Counted from the first letter of the stretch, positions 42,144 to 53,706 are shown. The stretch: DNA of 64,000 nucleotides from an uncultured Planctomycetaceae bacterium (GCA_963815195.1 CAWFGE010000017.1:32001-96000), one strand, 5' to 3'. The notes: generated by a model not told the origin, from the letters alone. Made by a program: numbers and translations.

Positions 42144-44348
42144 TCAATTCGATAATTCTTCCAGTTCGCGCAAGTACCGCTTAGCCGTTTCCCTGTGTTG
42201 GAAGAACTCTTTCCGCAACTTGGCTTCCCGTTCTGAAAAGTCGGCAGATTTGGCTTCTTGAGCCTTGATCTCCCGCCATTTTTTCAGGCTTTCGTTCATT
42301 GCAGCCCTAGCCTTTTGATACTGCCTCAATTGTTCCGCTCCCCGAACCTTCGACTTCTCACCGTGAATGCCCAACCGGAGATCGGCATCCGAAGTTTCCA
42401 CGGGCAGGATCAGCCAGCCGTCTTTCTTTTTGACGTCCGCTTCTTTCCTGCCTTCGGCGAGAAGCACGCGCTTGTAAAGTTTCCCGCCGCGAAGGAAGAA
42501 GATCACTTCATCCGTCCCCGAATGCGCTTTTTCAAGCGTTCCGCCACCAGAAAAGAGCAACTCATACCGGTGATCACCGGATTCTGTTTCGATTCGCAGC
42601 GCATTCGCATCGTGATCGTCGAACTCCCAATCCTTACCATTGCCAGCCGCTTTTTCCGTCCGTTCCAACCACTCCTTGCGATTGCCCGCCGCGCTTTCCC
42701 TGGATTCCAACGTCTTCCGCAACTCCACAATTTTGCGGGCTTTCTTGTCGGGCGAAGTATCCTTGAGAAAGGATTCCGCCTCTTTCGCCCCGGGCAAGGT
42801 TCCCAGCAAGTCCAAGTCAACGCGGCGGAGCCAGACGGCATCGTCGGTGGTTTTCGCTAAATCGTGTGCCTTTCCATCGGATTTCTCTTTCTCGAGGGGT
42901 AGCACCGAAAGCCCCATCAAGCTGTGATAGAGCTTTCCATCTTTCGCATGGGCTTTGCCCAACGCGCCAAGGTCCAGCCAAACGGAATCGTTTTCATGGC
43001 ATTGCTTGCATTGCGAGGAACGCTCCAAATCCCACACGCGGGCCACGGCCGCATCTGTGTCTAACGCGAGTTCCGCAACGTCCATCGCGTAATCGTCGAT
43101 CGTCGCCTGCAGTTGTTTCCGCACCGCTTGCTGCTGTCGCTCGAGTTGTCGCAACTTGAGCAGCAACATAACTTGCTCGTGCACCACGAGGCTGGCCGTG
43201 ATGATGAGCCGGTTGTTCTTTGTGCGTTTGAGCGAATACGCTCCGCCGGCTTTGGCCCATTCTTTGGGGGCGACTTGTTTGCGGATGTCCTGCTCGACCT
43301 GTTTGGCGTTCAGATCGCCTAAACGGTAGACGATGGTTTTGAGTTCCGTGGCTGTCGGCTCTTCCTGGGCGAAGGCCAATGTCATGGGGACGATGAGGAC
43401 GGCCAGCATCGCCGCGAGGCCGCGGACCGAGAGCCGGCGAACGTGGGAGCCGTGTTTCAGCATTTCAATTCTCCTCGTCAAAGTGATGGCGGGTTGGGCC
43501 GCGGTCGCCCCGATGGGCAGCCGGCCGGTTTGTTGGGACAAAAACTCGACGGTTTCGATCAAGGCGATCGCATACCGGCGGGCGGAATCGGGCAGGGTTT
43601 CCAGGACCAGCGCATCGCAGCATTGCTCTTCCATCTCCCGCAGATTTCGGCGGACCCACCACACGAGCGGGTTCCACCAAAACACGGTGGTCACGGCCAG
43701 TTCCAAAATCCGCACCAGATGATCGCCCCGCCTGATGTGCGCGAGTTCGTGGGCGAGGATCGTTTCTAGCTGAGCCGGGTCCATCTCCGCAGCCAGTTGC
43801 GCCGGCAATAAAATCCGCGGCCGGCCGCACAGCGACCACACCGCAGGCGTGATCCGCACCGGAAGGAGCAAGAGTCTGGGAAGCCGGCGAACGCCCAACC
43901 GCCGGGCGAGGGCTTCCGCCAGGTCTTCCAGTTCCCGCGGCGCCGGCTCGGCCTGCTGGAGCAGTTTGCGAAAACACAGGATCCGAAGAATCGTCATCGC
44001 GAGGATCCCGGCAATTCCCACGATCCACACCGCGAGTAGGATGCCGTTCCAACTCCACGCTGGAGTTTGAGCGGGCTCGCGCGGTGGGGCCGGCATCGGC
44101 GGCGCGGGCAACAATAACCGAGGTTCCAATTCGATCGCGATTTCTTCCACGGGCGGTTCCACAGCAGGCTCTGGCCAGGGAAGCCCGATCCACAACAGCG
44201 GCGGCGTAAACAATTTCAAAAGCACCATCAGCCACAACACGTGGATCAAGTTGGGATTCACGCGGAACCGCGCGATCGCCGCGACCACGCCAGCCAGCAC
44301 GAGAGCCACCAGGCAATTGCTGGCCACGGCTTCCAACAGACCGTTCAT
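42144..44348 (-). CDS. BlaR1/M56-family membrane metallopeptidase with an unusual C-terminal region
   Basis: HVLWLMVLLKL.TPP, ILAHELAHIRRGD, FWWNPLVW, EQCCD, RRI; downstream CKQCH motif and a DUF1549-like segment. Confidence 0.9.
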   Translation of the reverse strand: MNGLLEAVASNCLVALVLAGVVAAIARFRVNPNLIHVLWLMVLLKLFTPPLLWIGLPWPEPAVEPPVEEIAIELEPRLLLPAPPMPAPPREPAQTPAWSWNGILLAVWIVGIAGILAMTILRILCFRKLLQQAEPAPRELEDLAEALARRLGVRRLPRLLLLPVRITPAVWSLCGRPRILLPAQLAAEMDPAQLETILAHELAHIRRGDHLVRILELAVTTVFWWNPLVWWVRRNLREMEEQCCDALVLETLPDSARRYAIALIETVEFLSQQTGRLPIGATAAQPAITLTRRIEMLKHGSHVRRLSVRGLAAMLAVLIVPMTLAFAQEEPTATELKTIVYRLGDLNAKQVEQDIRKQVAPKEWAKAGGAYSLKRTKNNRLIITASLVVHEQVMLLLKLRQLERQQQAVRKQLQATIDDYAMDVAELALDTDAAVARVWDLERSSQCKQCHENDSVWLDLGALGKAHAKDGKLYHSLMGLSVLPLEKEKSDGKAHDLAKTTDDAVWLRRVDLDLLGTLPGAKEAESFLKDTSPDKKARKIVELRKTLESRESAAGNRKEWLERTEKAAGNGKDWEFDDHDANALRIETESGDHRYELLFSGGGTLEKAHSGTDEVIFFLRGGKLYKRVLLAEGRKEADVKKKDGWLILPVETSDADLRLGIHGEKSKVRGAEQLRQYQKARAAMNESLKKWREIKAQEAKSADFSEREAKLRKEFFQHRETAKRYLRELEELSN

Positions 44349-44752
44349 GAGCGGTTCTCCTTGTTCGAAGAGCGCGACGGAGGCCAAAGCTGGTCGATCA
44401 ACTCGCGAAGTTGTTTTTGTTCCTTCTTGGAAATTCCCTTGGACTGGAGCAGCGAAGACATCAAGGGGGCCACCGACCCGCCGCACAACCGGTTGGCGAG
44501 CGACTGCAAGCGGTGCTGGAGATATTCCTCCTGGCTGACGAGCGGCCGAAAGCGGTGCGCCCGCTCGCTGCGGTCCCGCTCGATGCAGCCCTTGGCCTCC
44601 AAACGCTCCAGAAGCTTTTGCACCGACGCCAACTTGGGATCGTTGACCTCGTCGTAAAGCACATCCGTGATGTCCCGGCTCGTGGGCGCGTCCTGCTCCC
44701 AAATCACCTGCAAAATCGAGAGTTCCGTTTCCGTAACCTGATCCAATTTCAT
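44345..44752 (-). CDS. BlaI/MecI/CopY family transcriptional repressor
   Basis: TETELSILQVIWE...SVQKLLERLEAKG...RP; stop overlaps the M56 start. Confidence 0.9.
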   Translation of the reverse strand: MKLDQVTETELSILQVIWEQDAPTSRDITDVLYDEVNDPKLASVQKLLERLEAKGCIERDRSERAHRFRPLVSQEEYLQHRLQSLANRLCGGSVAPLMSSLLQSKGISKKEQKQLRELIDQLWPPSRSSNKENRS

Positions 44753-44766
44753 GGGGCACCTCTTTT

Positions 44767-44785
44767 GACAGACATTCTGTCTGTC
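44767..44785. promoter_or_regulatory. Candidate BlaI-type operator
   Basis: Perfect palindrome gacagaca-ttc-tgtctgtc 15 nt upstream of the blaI-like start. Confidence 0.65.
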
Positions 44786-44981
44786 TTTGTACAAAAAACA
44801 AAATCGCCTGGCAAGCGGAATCTCGAAAAAAAAGAACGAAATGGAAACGTCCCGGGCGGCGCAGCGGCGGTAACGCAATGGACGGGCGGCGAAGGCGGAC
44901 TTCATGAGCATCGGCTTGGCCAGTTCCAATCGCTCGCCTTGCGCCGCCCTTGGGCGTTGATTCCGGGACACGCGAGGGCGG

Positions 44982-45287
44982 TCACTTTTTCTTATTGGAC
45001 TTCGATTCCCCGGGCGACAGATCGAACACCCATCCGCCGCTGCCGGATTCCATCGCGATCTGCTGCAAGTCGGGATCGATGGTTTTGGCCACGTCGTACA
45101 GATAGCGGAGCGCCTCGTTGTCCTGCCCCAGCTTGGCCTTGACGACGAGTTCCATCTCCCCTTTGACCGCCCGCCACGTGCACGTTCTGGCTCCGGGGGT
45201 GCCGGTCGGATCGGGATTGAGATCAATAAACCGCTGACAATTGAGCGTCCAACCGGCGTCCTTCAACCGCGCTTGAAGCGTCGTCAT
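44982..45287 (-). CDS. Small hypothetical protein
   Basis: ~101 aa ORF with a plausible RBS (ggggga) and globular-looking composition; no family recognised. Confidence 0.5.
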   Translation of the reverse strand: MTTLQARLKDAGWTLNCQRFIDLNPDPTGTPGARTCTWRAVKGEMELVVKAKLGQDNEALRYLYDVAKTIDPDLQQIAMESGSGGWVFDLSPGESKSNKKK

Positions 45288-46220
45288 CTCGCGTCCCCCG
45301 CAATGAGGAAAACCCAATAAGCCGCAGTTCACCCCCGAACATCCATTTTCCGCTCGAAATGTTGGGAACGCAACAAAAATCCGGCACGGCTTCCCCAATT
45401 TCGCGGGATGCCCCGGTCGCTTGTAAGCCGGGCGTCGAAGCGATGCAACGGGGACCCGGGCCGCCGATTGAGCGAGGGTTATCGCGGCGAGTCGCAGAGG
45501 TTGGTTGGCGTATCCGACTCACTCCGCGGGTCGCGCGAGGCGATGCGGTAGAACACGAGGCCACACAGAATCGAAATGGCGTAAATCAGGACCATTTCCG
45601 CGTCAAAGTACATGGCGGTTCTCCCTCAATGTGTGGACAGCCGGCGGATTCGCTCCCTGTCTCTGAAAATCCTCCGGTTCGACACGTGATTCGCAGGCAG
45701 GGTTCTCATCTTGACAAAACTTTTCCCGCCAGCGGACTTTTCCATTTCGTGGGGTTGTCGGCATCGGACGCGTTTTCGCGATAACGATCCGGGTGTTGGT
45801 TTGCCGGCGGTTTGTCAAATGTCTGACGACGCCCGCCTTCAATGTGCACACTATTATCCTTCTGTTCGGCCTTTCACATCGGTGAATTGAGAATACTGAT
45901 CTTTTTTCCAGATGTGTCTGCCGCCGTTTCAGGTTTTCTACGAATTTCGCGGCAAAATCGTGGGCGGGTTTTCGTAACTCTGTAGGAAAGATGACAAAAA
46001 CCGCCCTGAAACCGGCGGCGGTTTTCCGCGAACTGAGGGAAACTTGGAATTCTCGCCGGCCGCCACGATTTTTCCAATTAACTCGCGGGCGGAGAGATCT
46101 ACGATTAAAAAGGTGGCGTTAAGAAGCACTGTGATTCCTCTTTTCTTTCATTTTCCCTGATGGAACACCCGGTTTCGCGGCGTTCGCACTCCAGTCTCAA
46201 GCCGATACGAAGGAGCTTCC

Positions 46221-47581
46221 ATGAGTCGTGCCCGACAGAATCCGTTGAAAAACGATCGAGAGTTGCTGTTGGGCTGGGATGCCGAGGATGCGATGAACCG
46301 CCCGTTTGGGTTTGCTTCGGCGAGCCGGCGGATTCGCCGGGGAACTCTCAGCCGCTCACTTATGCGGGGGACAGTCATCTCCTGACGGTCGCTCCCACGG
46401 GGGCCGGAAAGGGCCGGGGCGTGATCATCCCCAACCTGCTCACCTACCAGGGTCCGGTGATCACGATCGACCCCAAGGGGGAAAACTACCAGGTTACTGC
46501 CCGCCGGCGGCGGGAAATGGGGCAGCGGGTGATCGTGCTCGATCCGTTCCACGTCGTCACCCAAAAGGGCGACCGCTTGAATCCGATGGACATTTTCGAC
46601 CTCGACAAGTCCATCCTGGATTGCGACGCGGAGATGCTGGCCTCGATGCTTTCCGTCGGGCATCATTTCGCGGACGATCCGTTCTGGAGCGACAGCGCCT
46701 CGGCGATCATGGCCGGGCTGATTGCCCACATCGCGTCCACCTCCCCCAAGCGCGAACGGAACCTCAATACGCTCCGTGGGCTGATTTATCACGATGACAT
46801 GGACTACACGCTGGCGACGCTTTTGGACAAAGAAGAGGTCGTCAACAAAATGGCCCGCGACGAGATCGTGGCTTATCTTTCGCATCCCGCCGAGCGAACC
46901 CGGCCCTCGGTGCGGTCCACGGCTTCGACGTATATCAAAGTCCTCGGCAGCCGGGAGGTCGCGGAAACTTTGGACTCCTCGAGCTTCAACCTGCAGGACA
47001 TCGTCAATGGCGAATCGCTCAGCATTTACATCGTGATCCCGCCGGAAAAGCTCGACAGCCACAAGGCCCTATTAAGGTTGTGGGTGAATACTTTGCTCAC
47101 GGCGGTCATCAGCCGCCGGCAGATTCCCCGGCAGCGGACATTGTTCCTGTTGGACGAATGCGCCCAGCTCGGTTCGCTGCCGGCACTCAAGCAGGCGATC
47201 ACACTGCTCCGGGGGTACGGCCTGCAAATCTGGTCGTTCTGGCAGGATTTGAGCCAGCTCCGCCTCTTGTATCCGCAGGATTGGGAGACGATCCTCAACA
47301 ACTCCGCGGTGCTGCAAACCTTTGGCCTCGCGAATCACTTGATGGCCACGGAATGGTCCAAAGTGGTGAATTGGGACGCCCAGGATCTCCAGGAACTCGA
47401 TCCCGAAGAAGCCTTCGTGATGGTCCAAGGCGAAGGCGGCGTTCGCTGCCGGCGTCCGGATTATCTGATGGACCCGGCCTTCGCCGGCCACTTCGATCCC
47501 AACGAACGCTTCTCGTTGCTCTCCAAGTTTTCCGCCCTGTCCGACAAGGAAGAACCCCCGCCCCGCAGCGAAGAACGCTAA
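46221..47581 (+). CDS. VirD4/TraG-like type IV coupling ATPase (apparent frameshift near 46320)
   Basis: aggag RBS + MSR...LLLGW; HLLTVAPTGAGKGRGVIIPNLL; IDPKGE; DPFW; LFLLDECAQLG; RGYG....FWQD. Confidence 0.85.
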
Positions 47582-47646
47582 TCGCGGTTTGGGGGGACGA
47601 GGACGTTGACGTCCGCTGGCCCAATGGCCCGCAAAGCTGGCTTACG

Positions 47647-48809
47647 TCACTTCATCGACTCCGCCGGGCCGGTGATTTCCGCCAACTTCGCGAAGAACTC
47701 GCGCGTTTGCGGTCGGAACTGATCCCCCAATTGACAGGGACGCTCTGATATCCTTCGCCGAAGTGCTTGTGTTTCTCCATGTCTTCATTGGGGAGACGAA
47801 AGTCAAAATAGCCCCACGAGACGTAGTTCTCCACACAGGTCACGAAGTTGTTCCCCTCGTCGCCCCAGCCTTGGTGGTCGTCGCGCCAGGGGCGGTCATC
47901 TTCGTTATTGACGATGGGCCGGGGCGTGTATTCCTGCATGTTCCGAATGGTGCGGATCATCGTCGCCATGCGCTTGGGATCACTGACGCCGTTGCCGTGG
48001 AACAGGATGTAATCGGCGACGCGGACGACGTTCGGACGGGGGATCGAGCCGCCGTTGAAACTGGCGCTGACGGGCAGCGGCTGTTTGTGCTCGGCCGCCC
48101 GCCGCTGGGCCAGTTCGATCAATTCGTGCACGCGCGGGGCCTTGATGATGGCGTGGTTGTACTTGGCGTTGTCGCATTCATTGGCAATCTCCAGCAGCAC
48201 GTTTTTGTATCCCTTTCCAGCGATCCAGTCGACCGTATCGACGACCGCCCGTTTGACCGCTGCTTCATCATCCAGCCTCTCGTCCTGGCCGAAATAGAAG
48301 ACGCCCAGCATGATCACCATTCCCAATTCGTCCGCGCGGTCGATGATGGTTTCCAGCCGCCGCATGGAGTCGTCCCGCAGCGAGCCATCGCCGCGGATCG
48401 CCGAATTGTGCCACGGTTGGTTGCGCGAATATCCCTCGGGACTCCCGCCCTGCAGGTTGACCACGGCGCACAACAGCCCCTTGGCCCGCCATTGGGGCAT
48501 GGCGGCGACGAACTCGCGGGTATTGCGGTCGGGATCCCACTTGCCGGTGTCCGGATAGGCCCAGCGGGAACGCGTCTGGGGATTCAGATCGTCAAAGATC
48601 CCCTGGACCATCCGGGAGTTCATCAGCAGCCCCTCGATTTTGTGGCCCTTCCACGTGCGGCCTGCATAGGTGGGTCGGCCATTGATGTGGAACTGGGCAC
48701 CATGAATCGAAACCTCCGTCTTCCGCTGCGGGGCTTCCGCCGCTGCCGATACACCCACGCAGGCCACGACGGCAATCGCCAGGAACAGCTTTTTCAACAT
48801 GATCGTCAT
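47647..48809 (-). CDS. Secreted putative glycoside hydrolase-like TIM-barrel protein
   Basis: Signal peptide; EGLLMNSRMVQG; LEIANE; HGNG; NEDD; SWGYFD; possible 2-nt slip near 47700. Confidence 0.6.
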
Positions 48810-49121
48810 GCCCTTTCTGGCCAAGTCGGCGGGGTTTTCATGTCAGTGGGAAGGCTCGTAAGGCACGATGATCTTTTGAACGGATTTGAGAAGCTGCTCG
48901 TATTCTTTGGATTTCTTCGGATCGTGAATCTCGATCGAGCCTGGCAAGTACATCGCGGATTTTCTGCGGTCGCTAAATCATCGGCCCCCAGAATCCCGCC
49001 GGGTTGGAATACGACCACCGACAACAGCAGCATCGAGCTCACAGCAAGTCGGGACGTCAAAGGTCCTTCCAAAAAAACGGTGCCAACCGAATGTTTGCTG
49101 TTACTCAGACTGTAAGTCGAA

Positions 49122-49277
49122 AGCGTAGGGGGTGGCTGGGGCGCAAACGAGCGTTCCAAGGAAAAAGGACGTTTAAGGCCTGGGTCCGTGTAAGATTTTC
49201 TCGCCCGGCCACGGCCCCAGCATTCGCAGTTCGAGCTTTATTTAAAGGGGGATTTGCGCCCCAGCCACCCCAACGCT
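49122..49277. repeat. MITE/REPIN-like inverted repeat
   Basis: agcgt.ggggtggctggggcgcaaa ... tttgcgccccagccacccc.acgct with a ~105 nt spacer. Confidence 0.65.
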
Positions 49278-49349
49278 GAATGTTTGAGCTTTTAGAATAC
49301 CACAAACGTCTCCACGATGGCGCAACGAATCGGTAACAAGCTCCGACGG

Positions 49350-50822
49350 CTACGGCTTCTTCATCGGGGCTTTCTCTTCTTTTCGCCGGATCTCGAATTT
49401 GACGTTGAGATCCATGGGCATATTTTCCGTCGGCCACACGCCGTCGGGTAGGAGAAGTTGGGTGTCCTGCGTGGTGGCCGAAGGCACATCCGCCAGGTCG
49501 ATGGGCTTGGTGGGAATCGATTGAATCTGCGAAGCGAGCGACTCGCGAATTTTCACCTTCACTTTCGGGACCGACGGCGCCAAAGAGACGAGCACCCATC
49601 CCGGCGGAAGCCGGCCGTGGGTTTTCACATCCACCGGCCGTTCGACGGTTTGCGTGGGATAAGCCGTCACCCGCACGACGCTCGGCTCGGCGCGGACCAG
49701 GGAGATTTCCTCCGGAAGGTTGATCGCATCGTCTCCCACCACGACCGTTTGCCGGCCGCTCTCGGGCTGGCTCAAATCCAACCGCACCCGCAAGGTACTC
49801 CAGTCGAACGCGGCAAAAGCCCGCTCGGAACCCATCACGTTCACCCGGAGTTGTTGCGGTTTGAGCGATTCGATCACCCAGTCCGGCGGGAGATTGTGGA
49901 CTTCCACCGGCACCTGATCGATGACTCGCTGCACCGAAGCGACCTGAAACGCAAACATCAGCCACAGAAAAAACGCGGCCGTGAACCCGACGGCGACCGC
50001 CAAAAGCTGATTGGCGAACGACCGGAACCAATCGCCCGCGGTCCTGTGTTTGGCCCCCTGATGATAAAAGGCCTCCAGGCGGTTCGCCAAATCCGCCGGT
50101 TGGGCCAGAATCTGCAGCCGGCTGTTTTGGGCGATGCTGACCTGTCCGCGTTCTTCTGAGACGACGATGACCAGGGCGTCGCTTTGTTCGGCGAGTCCCA
50201 AAGCCGCGGCGTGCCGGGTTCCTCCCGCCCCGATCGCCGCGAAATTCGTGGAAAGCGGAAGGTGCACTCCGAAGCGTTCCACGAGTTTTCCCTGCATGAC
50301 CACCGCCCCGTCATGGCCTGGAGACGTGGTGTCGAAAATGCTGACCAAGAGCGGAACGCTGGCCTGGCCGTGGAGTCGCTCGCCACCGTGCAGGTGCCGC
50401 TCCAAATCCTGCCCGCCCGGCAAGACGATGAGCGCCCCAATTTTCTCGCTGGCAAACAAGACCGCGGCTTCCACCAGGATGGAAATCAAAGTCGCATGAT
50501 TTTCCAGGCCTGAAGGACGAGAAAACGGATGCCAGGCGGCGAGCCGTTCAAACCCGTGCCGCAGGTCCCTTTGAAAAATGATCAGAATCCCAATCACCGC
50601 CAAGGCCAATCCCATGCGAAACAGGCCCAACGTCAAATACATCCGCAACCAATGCGAGATGAAATACAGCAAGACGAGGCCGATGACAACCAACACAAAG
50701 GCCTGATTCGATCGTTTCCGCATCCAGTGAAACAGGACGGCGAAGACGATCGTCACCACGGTCAGGTCCAAGGCATCCGCCAGGCGGAAATTCCTCGCAA
50801 TCTCATCAACATCCGGAAACAT
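49350..50822 (-). CDS. cdaA: Diadenylate cyclase (CdaA/DisA_N) fused to YbbR-like domain(s)
   Basis: N-terminal TMs, IIFQRDLR, GALIV, HDGAV, GTRHAAALG, VVSEERG; a further TM and a YbbR-like beta-rich C-terminus. Confidence 0.85.
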   Translation of the reverse strand: MFPDVDEIARNFRLADALDLTVVTIVFAVLFHWMRKRSNQAFVLVVIGLVLLYFISHWLRMYLTLGLFRMGLALAVIGILIIFQRDLRHGFERLAAWHPFSRPSGLENHATLISILVEAAVLFASEKIGALIVLPGGQDLERHLHGGERLHGQASVPLLVSIFDTTSPGHDGAVVMQGKLVERFGVHLPLSTNFAAIGAGGTRHAAALGLAEQSDALVIVVSEERGQVSIAQNSRLQILAQPADLANRLEAFYHQGAKHRTAGDWFRSFANQLLAVAVGFTAAFFLWLMFAFQVASVQRVIDQVPVEVHNLPPDWVIESLKPQQLRVNVMGSERAFAAFDWSTLRVRLDLSQPESGRQTVVVGDDAINLPEEISLVRAEPSVVRVTAYPTQTVERPVDVKTHGRLPPGWVLVSLAPSVPKVKVKIRESLASQIQSIPTKPIDLADVPSATTQDTQLLLPDGVWPTENMPMDLNVKFEIRRKEEKAPMKKP

Positions 50823-51104
50823 GGGGCGAAATCACCGCCGAAAGGGAAGGGTTTGGTCCACCATTCAATCCGCGGAGACACAGCGTGCAAATCTCAGGCC
50901 GAACCCGTTTAATGCCGACTCACCGGCGAGAACCTTCTGAATTGCATCCAGACTCGTTAAACTTCCCAGAAGCGTTGTGTGTTGGAAGTTAGGACATTTT
51001 CGGATCAAGAATCGGTAAAACTTCTCATTGGCGTATTCGCCTGTGATTCTAAACTGTCGTAATTGAAATGTGTGATGGAGCCTCTCCACGGATCGGGACC
51101 CCGG

Positions 51105-53428
51105 ATGGAACGGCGAGAAATCACGGTCGAGGGAATCGTGCAAGGGGTCGGGTTTCGGCCCTTTATTCATCGACTGGCTTCCCAATATCAGTTGGACGGC
51201 TTCGCCAAGAACCGGGCCGGTTCCGTGCTGATCGAAGTCGAGGGCGAACCGCAGTCGCTGTCTCGATTTCTGGAGGATTTGGAGCAACAGCCCCCGGCCT
51301 TGTCCCGCATTGATGACGTGCGCTGGAAATCCTTGCCGGTCCGCGGCGAACGCGGGTTTCGCATCGAACACAGCGACCTGGCGTTTCCCAGCCCGGTTTT
51401 CATCTCACCGGACATGGGGGTGTGTGCGGACTGCCTGAGGGAACTGTTCGATCCGGAGGACCGCCGATACCGATATCCGTTTCTCAACTGCACCCGTTGC
51501 GGGCCGCGGTTGACGATCATCGAGGCCTCGCCCTACGACCGCGAGCGGACGACGATGGCCGGCTTTCGAATGTGCCCCGCGTGCCGAGCCGAGTACGACG
51601 ATCCAAGAGACCGCCGGTTCCACGCGCAACCGACGGCTTGGCGGAATGCGGCCCCCGCCTCGAACTTCTGAAGTCCACCGGCGAGCGAATCGGCAGCAGC
51701 GATCCGCTCGCCGCTTTTGCCCTGCACCTCTTGCAAGGGCAGATCGGTGCCGTCAAAGGCTTGGGCGGATTTCACCTCGTCTGCGATGCCCGCAATGAAA
51801 TCGTTGTGAAGGAACTCCGCCGCCGCAAGCATCGCGATGAAAGACCCTTCGCGGTGATGGTGTGGGATGTCGCTACCGTTCAAAGCCTCTGTGAATTGAA
51901 TCCTCAGGAGCGCGAACTCCTGGGATCGCAGCGGCGGCCGATTGTGCTGTTGAAAAAACGAACTCCTTCGGACAATGCGAATGCGATCTCCGAAGCTGTC
52001 GCGCCGGGAAATCCGTATCTTGGCGTGATGCTGCCTTACACGCCGTTGCATTTTCTTATGATGGAGGCCGCGGACGGGGTGCCTTTGGTGCTGACCAGCG
52101 GCAATCGTGCGGACGAGCCGATCGCCTACACCGATACCGACGCCCTCGAGCGGCTGGCCGACATTGCGGACGTGTTCTTAACGCACAATCGAGAAATCCA
52201 TGTCCGCTGTGATGATTCCGTCACGCGGATTGTCGACGGTCTGGAACAACCCGTCCGCCGGTCCCGCGGCTATGCCCCGGAACCGGTTAAACTGCCGAGC
52301 GGGTGCACTCGTCCCGTCCTCGCGGTGGGCGGGCAATTGAAGGGCGTGTTTGCGTTGGGGCGGGATCGGCAGGCGTTCCTCAGCCATCATTTGGGCGATT
52401 TGGACCACTATGCCGCTTACGCGGCGTTCGAGCGGGACGTGCGGCGGTATGAGCAACTCTTCGACGTTCGCCCCGAATTGATCGTGCACGATCTGCATCC
52501 CGATTATGCTTCGACAACCTATGCAAAAGAGCGGGCCGCGCGCGAAGGACTGGAACTGTTGGGCGTTCAGCATCATCACGCGCACCTGGCAAGCTCGATG
52601 GCCGAGCATGGTTTGGAGGAACCGGTCATCGGCGTGTGCTTTGACGGCACGGGCTTCGGGACCGACGGGGCGATCTGGGGCGGCGAATTTCTGATGGGGG
52701 ATCTGCGGCGATTCACGCGGGCGGCTCATTTGCGGTACGTCCCGCTGCCGGGCGGCGACAAAGCCGTCCGCGAACCCTGGCGCATGGCGGCCTCGCACCT
52801 CTGGGACGCCGGTTGTGAGAACATCAATCTGCTCGATGTTTCCTTCGGCGAGCGGCGGACGATCGAGCGGATGATCGAACGGAATTTCAATTCGCCCATG
52901 ACTTCGAGCATGGGCCGATTGTTCGATGCCGTCGCTGCGATCACAGGCGTCAGATCGCGGGTCCGTTACGAAGGGCAGGCGGCGATCGAATTGGAATGGC
53001 TGGCGACGGATGTTCCGGCGGCCGGAAGTTATCCGTTTGAAGTCACAGATAGCATCGACACTCGCCCGCTGATTCGTGCCGTCGTGGAAGACCTCAAACG
53101 CCAAACGAACGTTGGAACCATCGCGAGGCAGTTTCATTCAAGCTTAGTGGAGATGATTGCCGCAATCTGTCAGCGGGTGCGTTCCAACACGCAAGTCGAA
53201 GCGGTGGTGCTCAGCGGCGGTGTGTTTCTGAATGCCCTGTTGACTCGTGAGGCAACCGCCCGGTTGAAAGCGGACGGATTTCGGGTGTATCGGCATCGGC
53301 TCGTGCCTCCGAACGATGGCGGTTTGGCGTTGGGACAATTGGCGATCGCGGCCGCCGCGATCAACGCTCCACCATCGGATCACAAAGACTCGGAACAACC
53401 AGCGCCTTTAACGGCGTCCCCCTCATAA
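51105..53428 (+). CDS. hypF: Carbamoyltransferase HypF (apparent 1-nt frameshift near 51640)
   Basis: GIVQGVGFRPF, CADC/NCTRCGPR/CPAC Zn fingers, KGLGGFHL, DLHPDY, QHHHAH, PPNDGG. Confidence 0.92.
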
Positions 53429-53439
53429 CGGAGCCTCCC

Positions 53440-53691
53440 ATGTGCCTTGGGATTCCCGGCAAAGTCGTTGAAACCTACGAAGAGCACGATGTGCTGATGG
53501 GCAAAGTCGATTTCGGCGGCGTCTTCAAGCGGGTCTGCCTCGCGCACACGCCGGACGCGGAGCCGGGGCAGTACGTCATCGTGCACGTGGGGTTTGCGCT
53601 CCAGGTCATCGACGAGGAAGAAGCCTGGCAGGTGTTTGAGTTCTTGAATCGCATGAACGAGTTGGACGAACTGGAAGCCGGCGATGCTTGA
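53440..53691 (+). CDS. hypC: Hydrogenase chaperone HypC
   Basis: MCLGIPG...YVIVHVGFA. Confidence 0.95.
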   Translation: MCLGIPGKVVETYEEHDVLMGKVDFGGVFKRVCLAHTPDAEPGQYVIVHVGFALQVIDEEEAWQVFEFLNRMNELDELEAGDA

Positions 53692-53706
53692 ACAAGAAAG
53701 CGTCCG

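Noticed and set aside
45290..46220. Possible ncRNA or riboswitch in the long intergenic region
   Set aside because: No recognisable conserved motif by eye; an Rfam/Infernal search would be needed
46221..47581. Integrative conjugative element
   Set aside because: No integrase, relaxase, VirB genes or att-like repeats seen
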